A stretch of 54,070 nt of DNA from Bacillota bacterium (GTDB lineage: Bacteria; Bacillota; TC1). Shown piece after piece: positions 24,912 to 33,800 of this stretch (position 1 is the first letter of the stretch; each line of letters begins with the position of its first letter). Below the pieces are notes generated by a model. It searched no databases. It was given only the letters and a program-made list of their open reading frames with translations, and was not told the origin of the DNA. The stretch lies in contig JBGSJN010000004.1 in NCBI GenBank assembly GCA_041741995.1, positions 1 to 54,070 on the forward strand, given 5' to 3'. A program made the translations under genes and the position numbers.

Positions 24912-26708
24912 ATGAAAGCTAATGAATTAAAAGATTTTCTTAAATATGATTTTAGAAAATATTATGACAGTGTATTAATAAATGGTCCTTGGGGAATTGG
25001 CAAAACTTATTACGTCAAAGAATTTTTGAGAGAAGAATCTCCTATTTGTGTTTATATTTCTTTATTTGGTAAAAAGTCCATAGATGACATAAACAATGAT
25101 ATTATTTATCAATTGTCTAAAAAAAACATATTTAAAAGTTTTAGTTTTAAAGCTAAAAAGAAAATTAATCAGTCTGATATAAAACTACAATTAGGGTCAT
25201 TGATTTCTATGCCCTTTAAATTTGTTGAAGATAATATTATTGAATACATTTCTAATCAAAATGGAATAGAAAATAAATTGATTTTTATTTTTGATGATTT
25301 GGAGCGTAAATCACCACTAATGGAAATGCATGAGATTCTAGGTTTAGTTGAAAATATGAAAAATATCAATAATGTAAAAACTTTAATGATTGTAAATGAA
25401 GAGGAACTAATTGATCAAGACATACAAATATTTAAGAGTTTTAAAGAAAAACTTATTGAGAAAGAGTGTTTAATTAAAGCATTTTCTATTGATGCTCCCT
25501 ATATAGTGCTAGACTACGAAAAATTATTCAATAAAGGATTTAAAGATAAAATTTCAGAAGCTGAATTTGAATTATTAGTTAAAAACCTTATAATTGATCA
25601 TAAATTAGATAATTTACGTACATTTAATAAAATTCAATTATTTATTAATAAAATGATGGATTGTATTGAGTTTAGCAAATTAAATTCTAATCAGTCTTTA
25701 GAACTGATTAGAATAATTTTTTCAGTGGTAATAGAAATTGTTGAAAACAAATATTCTGCTGACCCAGACCAAGAAGAAGTAGTGAAAGAGCTTCAAAAAT
25801 ATTTTCCGGGTGAAGAAATTAGAAAAAGTGTAGGATTAATAGTTTTAGAAAAATATTTGAATCTTATGAATGGGCATCAAATTACAGATATTATTAGTAA
25901 TGTAATAAATATATACTTAGATTGCGATATACTATTTAATATACAATGCATAAATGGATATTATGAGAGTATTAACTCGAAATCAAATGATAGAGAGAGT
26001 ATCGATATGTATTTTTTGTCTGAAGAAGAATTAGTATTAAAAATAAAAACATTTAATGAAATAAAGGATGAAAAAATAATTCTATCTGAATGGTTAAAAA
26101 ATTTTAATAGATTATTGGAGTATATAGATGTTCTTGAGTTAGACCATAAGTTAGATTTAGTTAAAATTAATACAACTATTGACACACATATCGAAAACAT
26201 AAGTATAACTAATAAGAGTCTTGTAGATCTATTAGTCGATGATTTTATTTTTTATGGTGTTGATAAACATAAGTTCTTAATTCCAATTATTATAAAAATC
26301 AATAATAAAATAAGTGAAAGATATTATCTATATAAGTTTATTGAATTAGAATCAACAATAAATGACAATTTATTTGATACAGAAGTATTAGAAAGTTTAT
26401 TTCACGATTTATCTTTTAATAGATCAATGTATTTCAGTAATAAAATTATGGATATTATCAAATGCAGAAAATTTTTTATTCAACCTATGGAAGGCGAAAT
26501 AGACGAAAAAATATGGACTTGGAATCACAGAATTTGGAAATCGACTAAAATACATTTCTGTGATAATAAGATGTTTCTTAAGGAATTCATCGATTTTAAC
26601 AATGAAAAAGCACAATTTTCGAATAGAATTGGCAGATACAGGTATGCTCATCTTAACAATTATTATGGTGTAAATGATATGTTAGAGATGGCAAATAATA
26701 ATAGCTAA
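24912..26708 (+). CDS. KAP-family-like P-loop NTPase
   Basis: Walker A is NGPWGIGKTYY and Walker B-like is LIFIFDDLER. It starts 27 nt after hsdR with SD TGGAG and is very AT-rich. Confidence 0.65.
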   Translation: MKANELKDFLKYDFRKYYDSVLINGPWGIGKTYYVKEFLREESPICVYISLFGKKSIDDINNDIIYQLSKKNIFKSFSFKAKKKINQSDIKLQLGSLISMPFKFVEDNIIEYISNQNGIENKLIFIFDDLERKSPLMEMHEILGLVENMKNINNVKTLMIVNEEELIDQDIQIFKSFKEKLIEKECLIKAFSIDAPYIVLDYEKLFNKGFKDKISEAEFELLVKNLIIDHKLDNLRTFNKIQLFINKMMDCIEFSKLNSNQSLELIRIIFSVVIEIVENKYSADPDQEEVVKELQKYFPGEEIRKSVGLIVLEKYLNLMNGHQITDIISNVINIYLDCDILFNIQCINGYYESINSKSNDRESIDMYFLSEEELVLKIKTFNEIKDEKIILSEWLKNFNRLLEYIDVLELDHKLDLVKINTTIDTHIENISITNKSLVDLLVDDFIFYGVDKHKFLIPIIIKINNKISERYYLYKFIELESTINDNLFDTEVLESLFHDLSFNRSMYFSNKIMDIIKCRKFFIQPMEGEIDEKIWTWNHRIWKSTKIHFCDNKMFLKEFIDFNNEKAQFSNRIGRYRYAHLNNYYGVNDMLEMANNNS

Positions 26709-26826
26709 TAATTTTAGCTAAACATAAAATAAATAAAAGTCATAGAGAAAAAGGACAGCATAATAAGAATTATTGTAACAAGAATAATTTGAAAGAAGTT
26801 TTAATTATTAAGGAGTACCAGCGGAT

Positions 26827-27447
26827 ATGGAAAACAAAAAAACATTTGCAGAGAGACACCCAAACATAAATATGATAATTGCAATACTATTTTTTATAAT
26901 AATTGCAGTATTTGCTGGTTGGTTCATCTGGACAGCAATTATTTATCTTGGAGTAGGCATAAAAGCGATAGGTTCATTCCTACAAAATTTCGTTAGCAAT
27001 ACTGATAAGTTTGTCATTGTAGCAATGATATCTGGTACAGTATCAATTATCGGGTTACTAGTTACGAAAATATTAGAATTCAGGTATAACAGAAAAAAAT
27101 ACTTGTTTGATAAGAGAGAAAAACCTTATGAACAGTTTATTTCTATGATTTATAAAATTATGGAAGATACTAAAAAAACTGGTCAACAAAAAATGACAGA
27201 AGATGAGATGATTAAAATGGTTACAGAGTTTTCTAAAGGATTGACTTTATGGGGATCAAATCGTGTAGTAAAAAAGTGGCTAAAATACAGAAGACAATCT
27301 ATTAATCATGGGGGAACTGAAACGCTGATACTACTTGAGGATATTATATATGAAATCCGAAAAGATGTTGGATTAGGAAGAAGACTTAAGCAAGGTGATA
27401 TGCTATCTTTTTTCATTAATGACGTAGAAAATTTGATGAAGAAGTAA
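26827..27447 (+). CDS. Small membrane protein (2-3 N-terminal TM helices plus a helical cytoplasmic tail), function unknown
   Basis: SD AAGGAG is present and no terminator hairpin was seen between it and the KAP NTPase gene. Confidence 0.55.
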   Translation: MENKKTFAERHPNINMIIAILFFIIIAVFAGWFIWTAIIYLGVGIKAIGSFLQNFVSNTDKFVIVAMISGTVSIIGLLVTKILEFRYNRKKYLFDKREKPYEQFISMIYKIMEDTKKTGQQKMTEDEMIKMVTEFSKGLTLWGSNRVVKKWLKYRRQSINHGGTETLILLEDIIYEIRKDVGLGRRLKQGDMLSFFINDVENLMKK

Positions 27448-27480
27448 ATCAACAATTATTTACAACTATACTTAATATAG

Positions 27481-27776
27481 TTTAACAGTTCCATTATAAG
27501 GAAAAGCTTACCAAAGATTAATGCTTTACTCGAATGGGGAGCAGTTAAACCAGGAGACATAATAGTAGCTAAAGGTAAGAATGATGAAGCTACTTTACTA
27601 GAAAAACGTAATGTTAATGTATTCGGTAAAGAATTTTCTCATCAAGTTTGGTTAAAGAATCTTTATGGTTGGTCAAGTATTCAGACTTATGCTTTGCCAT
27701 CCAAAAAGAAAGTGGTAAAACACTTTCTCAAATAAGAGAAGAGTATATGGAAAAACAAATCGGAGAAGGAGTTTAG
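27481..27776 (+). pseudogene. Startless, frameshifted C-terminal gene remnant
   Basis: Frame 1 is open from 27481 to TAA 27733-27735 (...LLEWGAVKPGDIIVAKGKNDEATLLEKRNVNVFGKEFSHQVWLKNLYGWSSIQTYAL...) with no start codon. The sense continues in another frame (...QKESGKTLSQIREEYMEKQIGEGV* ending at 27776) after an indel near 27690-27700. Confidence 0.4.
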
Positions 27777-27853
27777 TATTTGAAAATATAATGAATATTT
27801 ATGTGAAAATACGAAATCTTCAAGTTGTATGAATATCAGAAAGAGGAGTAAAT

Positions 27854-28588
27854 ATGTCAGATCATATACTAGTAACCTTAGGCAAGGAAAGATTTAAAAA
27901 TCCAGAACGTCATTCTGTACATCTTGTAGATGACCAAGTTCAGAACGATTTTCTTAACGATATTGAGAATATTCCTCATGCTTATGTAATGGCTTGCTTA
28001 ATGGATCGTCAGATAAATGCCGAACGAGCCTGGGCGATTCCATATAAGATAAAAACCATTATTGGTAACTTTGATATGACTGAACTAGAAAGAATATCCT
28101 TATATGAATATAAGAATATATTTAATACTAATTCTCTACATAGATTCAATGATACAATGGCTGATATTTTTTATTCAGGTATTCAAGATATTAAGAACAA
28201 ATATGACAGGGATGTTTCCCGCATATGGAGTAATAGCCCAAGTAGTGCCAAGGTAGTTTATGATTTCTTACAGTTTAAGGGCTGTGGTAAGAAAATAGCT
28301 ACAATGTCGGCTAATATACTTGCTCGACAGTTCAAGATACCTTTTTCAGATTATTATTCAATTGATATATCACCTGATGTTCATATCAAGCGTGTGATGA
28401 AAAGGATAGGTCTGGTAAGTGTTGATAGTGGATTGGATTCAGTTATATATAAGGCTAGGGAATTAAATCCTGATTTTCCAGGAATTATTGATTTCTCTTG
28501 TTGGGAAATAGGTCGAACTTGGTGTAAGCCTCAAAACCCGAATTGTAGTGAATGCATAATTAGAAGTGAATGCAAAATGGTATATTAA
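27854..28588 (+). CDS. Divergent endonuclease III-like HhH DNA glycosylase with a [4Fe-4S] cluster loop
   Basis: The HhH-like segment GCGKKIATMSANIL is followed by SPDVHIKRVMKRIGL (compare EndoIII VDTHIFRV). C-x6-C-x2-C-x5-C lies at 28523-28573 (CKPQNPNCSECIIRSEC). SD AGAGGAG is present. Confidence 0.7.
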   Translation: MSDHILVTLGKERFKNPERHSVHLVDDQVQNDFLNDIENIPHAYVMACLMDRQINAERAWAIPYKIKTIIGNFDMTELERISLYEYKNIFNTNSLHRFNDTMADIFYSGIQDIKNKYDRDVSRIWSNSPSSAKVVYDFLQFKGCGKKIATMSANILARQFKIPFSDYYSIDISPDVHIKRVMKRIGLVSVDSGLDSVIYKARELNPDFPGIIDFSCWEIGRTWCKPQNPNCSECIIRSECKMVY

Positions 28589-28606
28589 ACGATAAAAGGA
28601 GTATAT

Positions 28607-28690
28607 ATGAAAAATCAATACTTTGGTGACATTGGTGATTTTAGCAAACTACTTTTTGATAAAGAAAATGTTGGATCACAAGAAGAATAA
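28607..28690 (+). CDS. 27-aa ORF with a strong SD (MKNQYFGDIGDFSKLLFDKENVGSQEE), possibly the N-terminal stub of a lost gene
   Basis: AAAGGAG lies 7 nt before the ATG. It is below the ORF-track length cutoff. Confidence 0.25.
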   Translation: MKNQYFGDIGDFSKLLFDKENVGSQEE

Positions 28691-28737
28691 ATTTGCATAA
28701 TAAGAAATATTAACTTTAGAATAGTCGAGGTGTATGT

Positions 28738-29160
28738 ATGATAAGATTAATTTTGAGACTTATATTAATTTTTATGATTATTGATCTGCTGTTTATGGGT
28801 CCTACTGATTACAAGTTTATACAACCAAGTGATAAAATCGATAAGATAGAATACATTACTTTTGTAAATAAAAATAAGCACATAGTATTTAATGAAATAC
28901 CATCAGATCAAATCAGTACTTTTATTAAAGATCTAAAAAACGTAGAATGCAATAAAATATATACAGATCCAGCAAGTCTATTTCCAAATGCAATGGCCTT
29001 TAAGATAACCTATAAGAATGGTGATTATGAAATAATTAGTGATTATGGATCAGGGTATTACCAGGATGGATGGTATAAGAACACAGGAGATTATGCTTTT
29101 GATGATGAGCAGTTTAATGAATTAATAGAAAAATACACTGATATTTTAATAAGAAAATAA
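28738..29160 (+). CDS. Hypothetical protein with an N-terminal signal/anchor helix
   Basis: SD GAGGTG is present, and the hydrophobic N-terminus is MIRLILRLILIFMIIDLLF. Confidence 0.5.
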   Translation: MIRLILRLILIFMIIDLLFMGPTDYKFIQPSDKIDKIEYITFVNKNKHIVFNEIPSDQISTFIKDLKNVECNKIYTDPASLFPNAMAFKITYKNGDYEIISDYGSGYYQDGWYKNTGDYAFDDEQFNELIEKYTDILIRK

Positions 29161-29272
29161 GATCTGATAAGGATTAGTGCCTCAATAAGTAACTAAATCA
29201 CAGAAAATTAAATCAAAACCGATATACTTAACAACAGATTATGAAATACATTCAATATGAAAGAGGTAAAAC

Positions 29273-29587
29273 ATGTTTGGTTTTGGAACAAAAATAGACA
29301 GCATTAATGTCAATGAAATAGATCCATTGATTGGAAAGTCTAATATCATTGATGTTAGGGAAAAATACGAATGTGATAGAGGAATGTTAAAGTCAACTAA
29401 GAATATACCACTAAATACTTTAACCAGTAACCCTGACAAATATCTAAAAAAAGAAGAAACCTACTATATCATATGCCATACTGGAGCTCGAAGTTCAAGT
29501 GCTTGCAAACACTTAGTCAAATTAGGATATAAGGCTATAAATGTCAAAGGTGGCATGATGAGCTATAAAGGCAACAAGAAAAAGTAG
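29273..29587 (+). CDS. Single-domain rhodanese-like sulfurtransferase
   Basis: The active-site loop CHTGARS is present, and the 104-aa size and layout fit the family. Confidence 0.8.
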   Translation: MFGFGTKIDSINVNEIDPLIGKSNIIDVREKYECDRGMLKSTKNIPLNTLTSNPDKYLKKEETYYIICHTGARSSSACKHLVKLGYKAINVKGGMMSYKGNKKK

Positions 29588-29697
29588 TGCTGTTATATGT
29601 TGCATAGATGACAAGACAATTCTTGAAGTAAAAAAGGAATTGAACAAATAAAGAAAGAAAAAATTGAATCATAAATTCTTTACTGATTATAAAAGTA

Positions 29698-29729
29698 ACA
29701 CCCTGACAAAAAAAATGTCAGGGTGTTTT
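29698..29729 (+). terminator. Rho-independent terminator
   Basis: ACACCCTGACA (29698-29708) / TGTCAGGGTGT (29716-29726), A7 loop, followed by TTTT. Confidence 0.8.
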
Positions 29730-29933
29730 GTATCTAGCGTCCAAAGGATTGTACTTTGGTGAATATGTATAGTGATTGTAGTAAATAATATTGAAATATT
29801 ATAGTTTTATAATAATTTATATAGTATTATTTAAATAATATATAAATTAAAATTAGCATCATATTAATTATACTTCTGAAGCTCTGCGCTTAGTAATGTA
29901 TGAAAAATATATGGATGCTAAAGAGGAGTTCTA

Positions 29934-30761
29934 ATGAAAAACAAGAAAATCTTAATTCTGACCGCAGTTATGGCAGCAATAATAATCATTGGTGTTACTA
30001 TTTGGTACTTTAACTTTCAAAGACCTCGTAACATTGCAATAAAAGAATATAATAGTGCAGTTGAGCTTATTGAAAAGAAAAATACCGAAATTGACAAGAC
30101 AACTTTGAAATTACAAGCACTAATAGATTCTAATGAAAAACCACTGGATGTAAATATTATAGTAACAGCCAAAGATATAATTCAAAAGGCTGAGGTTTCA
30201 AAAATTATAATTAAAAATATGCCGGATAAAACCGATGATATTATCGTTGTAACCAAGGAATTGAGTGATCCGGTAGACAATACAGTTGCTATTAAAGAAT
30301 TGAATGAAATATTTACTGTTTTGGATATGAGTATTAAACAATTTAAACAGTTAAACAATCCTAAAGAAGAATTTGTTATTGAGAGATTGAAAACTATAGA
30401 TGAAATTACATATGTACAAGCGGTGACCGAAGATAATGATCCAAACGGAAAATTAAACAAAGCTGGTGGATATACTGCTACTGTATATTTTGAAAGTAAA
30501 AATATAAATCAAAGTGAAATTTATGGAAGCAATCTTATTGATAAAGGAACTAATGCGGGTGGTTCAATTGAAGTTTATGCAAATGAAGAAGATGCAATAA
30601 AAAGAAATGAATATTTGGCAATATTTGATGGTGGAATATTTAGTTCTGGTTCACATAGGGTGGTAGGAACAATGGTAATTCGCATATCTAATTTATTAAC
30701 AGCTTCACAACAAAAAAATTTAGAAGAGAAAATATTTAATGCTATGATATTACTAAAATAA
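29934..30761 (+). CDS. Membrane-anchored or exported hypothetical protein
   Basis: SD AGAGGAG is present, followed by one N-terminal TM helix (ILILTAVMAAIIIIGVTIWYF) and then a soluble domain. Confidence 0.55.
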   Translation: MKNKKILILTAVMAAIIIIGVTIWYFNFQRPRNIAIKEYNSAVELIEKKNTEIDKTTLKLQALIDSNEKPLDVNIIVTAKDIIQKAEVSKIIIKNMPDKTDDIIVVTKELSDPVDNTVAIKELNEIFTVLDMSIKQFKQLNNPKEEFVIERLKTIDEITYVQAVTEDNDPNGKLNKAGGYTATVYFESKNINQSEIYGSNLIDKGTNAGGSIEVYANEEDAIKRNEYLAIFDGGIFSSGSHRVVGTMVIRISNLLTASQQKNLEEKIFNAMILLK

Positions 30762-30898
30762 TTATAGGCTCTTGAAATAAATACTTAGAAATTAATTATG
30801 AAATATTTAGATATCAAATGCATACAAATTATAGAAAATACAATAATTTCAAGTAGGTTGAATATATCAAGCAAAAAAAGTAGAAAAGGAGATAATTT

Positions 30899-33800
30899 AT
30901 GAATCGGAAAAGTAAAAAAACAAAAATTATTAGCTTATTGCTACTTATAACATTAATATTAGCTATTATGGTAAGCATGCCATTATTTGCTAAAGCAGAG
31001 CCATCAGGACTACAGTTTACAGGATGGGGAAACAATACATCTGGTCAGGCAGAATCACCACCTGAAAATAAAGAGATTATTGAGGTTTCTGCTGGATTAT
31101 ATCATGCTTCTGCATTAAAAAGTGATGGAACAGTAATTTCTTGGGGGTATTCCAGTTCAAACCAGACTGTGGTTCCAGAAAATTTAAGCAATGTAACGGC
31201 TATTTCTTCAGGTTATTACAATACAATAGCTCTGAAAAGTGATGGAACTTTAGTTGCTTGGGGATCTAATGCTTGGGGAGAGTTGACTATCCCAATTGGT
31301 CTATCAAATGTAGTTGCAATTGATGCAGGGGCTACACATACAGTAGCATTAAGAAATGACGGTACTGTAATCGCATGGGGTGATAATGATTTTGGACAAA
31401 CTACAATACCAACCGGCTTAAGTGATGTGACTGCAATATCTGCAGGATATGATTATACAGTAGCACTAAAGAGTGATGGCACAGTTGTTACCTGGGGAGA
31501 TGGCTCATACGGCAAAACAACTGTTCCAGTGGGACTTAGTGGTGTGACAGCAATTTCAGCGGGATATAATCATACAGCTGCTTTAAAAAGTGATGGAACT
31601 GTGGTTACATGGGGATATAATTTATCAAATCAAATAACAGTTCCAGCAGGGCTTAAAGATGTGATCGCGATATCAGCTGGTGCTAATTTTACATTAGCAT
31701 TAAAAATGGATGGTAAGGTCATAGCATGGGGGTCCAATAATAATGGACAAACCACAGTTCCTCCCTTACTCTCAGACGTTTCAGAGATAAGTGCAGGCGG
31801 TGGTTATAATGATGGATTTTCTATTGCACTAAAGAACGATGGCACGGTAGATGCTTGGGGTTTGAATGATAAGGGGCAGACAAATATCCCGAAAGGTTTT
31901 ATAAATACTATAGCTATTAGTGCAGGAGAGGCATTTACTGTAGGATTGAAAAATGATGGGACAGTTGTAGCATGGGGTATAAACGATAGAGGACAGACTT
32001 CTGTACCATCAGGATTAACCGATGTAATAGCTATTTCTACAGGTATTTGGCATACTGTCGCATTGAAAAATGACGGTACAGTATCAGCTTGGGGAAATAA
32101 TTTCTATGGACAGACTTCAGTTTCTGCTTTAACTAATATAATTGCTATAGCTGCCGGTGGTTATCATACTGTCGCATTAAAAAGTGATGGTACAGTTATA
32201 GCAGGTGGTGAAAATGATAAAGGGCAAACAACAGTGCCAGAAGGCTTAAGTGGAATTGAAGCTATTGCAGCAGGCGGTAGCCACACATTAGCATTGAAGA
32301 ATGATGGTACAGTTGTGGCTTGGGGTAATAATAGTAACAAACAATGCAATGTACCAGTAGGGCTTTCCGACGTCATAGCGATTGATGCAGGATATCAGCA
32401 TTCTGTTGCTCTAAAGAGTGATGGAACAGTTGTTGCTTGGGGATATAATTCAGGTGGAATTTCAACAGTTCCTGCTGGGCTAGCAGAGGTGACAGCAATT
32501 GATGCAGGTGGTTGGCATACTGTTGCATTAAGAAGTGATGGAACTATAGTATCATGGGGATTGAATACAATTGGAGGAACAACAGCCCCAACTATACTTT
32601 TTGGAGTAAAGGCCATATCAGCTGGAGGAAGCCATTCAGTAGTTCTATGGAAGACTGAATCAGATGCAAGTTTAAGCAACCTAGAAATTAGTGAAGGTGT
32701 GCTAGGGCCTACATTCACATCTAACAATGAAATTTATAACGTGGAAGTTGGTTTTAATATAAATAATATCTCAGTAACCCCAACTGCTACTCAGGCCGGA
32801 GCTACAGTAAAGATTAATGAAGCTTTGGTTTCTAGCGGGGATGCTTCAGATGGTATCGATTTAAATGTAGGAACTAACAAGATTTCTGTTGTGGTAACAG
32901 CAGAGGATGGAACCACTTTGAAAAAATATACTATTAACGTGACACGAGCAGCAGGATCTTCTGATGCAAAACTGACTAATATATTATTGGATTACGGAAT
33001 TATTTCCCCATCTTTCTATTCGGGAATAACTTTCTACACAGCTAACGTGTCAAATAGTATTAGCAACATTAAAATTACCCCTTACGGCAGCCATACAGAA
33101 GCAACTATAAAGATTAATAATAAAACTGTATCTAGTGGTAGTTCATCTGAAAGCATAGCCTTAAGTGTAGGCATTAACACCATTGAAGTTATAGTTACGG
33201 CTCAGGATGGTACTACTTCATTGACTTATACTATATCAGTGACAAGAGCACCATCTAATGATTCAACACTATTGAACCTTACCCTAAATAATGGAATATT
33301 AAGTCCAGGTTTCTCCACTGATATAATTAGCTACGAGACCCTTGTTGAGAATAATATTGACAATATTAAGGTTACTCCAACACTAAGTCAATCAGATGCA
33401 GTAATTAAAATAAATGGCATTTTAGTGGAAAGTGGAACTGAGTCTGAGATTATTAATCTATCTGTGGGTACTAACATTATTAATATAGAGGTAACAGCTC
33501 AGGATGGAATAACTAAGAAAACTTATACCATTAATATTACTCGTGAACAGAAAGATTATTCTGGTTTATACAATATAAAATCAAAGAAAAGCAATCTACT
33601 AATGGATGTATACAATGCTGGAAAAGAAAAGGGTAACAATGTAATACAATGGCCATCAAATGGTGGTGTTAATCAACAATGGAAATTTGAACGATTAGAA
33701 AATGGTTACTATAAGATAACATCTCAACTATCAGGAATGGCTATGGACGTATACAATGCAGGAGCCAGTAATGGCAATCGGGTGATTCAGTGGCCATATC

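Noticed and set aside
13386-26708. DISARM-like interpretation (DUF1998 helicase next to an N6-adenine methyltransferase)
   Set aside because: The methyltransferase is followed by bona fide hsdS and hsdR and is a standard type I HsdM. No SNF2 (DrmD) or PLD (DrmC) gene is present. Helicase and DUF1998 are fused rather than split as in DrmA/DrmB.
32164-32727. Minus-strand ORFs (70 and 110 aa) inside the RCC1-repeat region
   Set aside because: These are shadow ORFs of a repetitive Gly/Thr/Val-rich coding region. They have no SD, and the + strand frame is continuous over 1252 aa with recognisable domains.
31007-33547. Periodic DNA repeats that might suggest a CRISPR array or satellite
   Set aside because: The periodicity is in-frame protein repeats (RCC1 blades of about 115-120 nt and cadherin-like modules of about 290 nt). 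The copies are diverged and there are no unique spacers. No CRISPR-like array was seen anywhere in the window.
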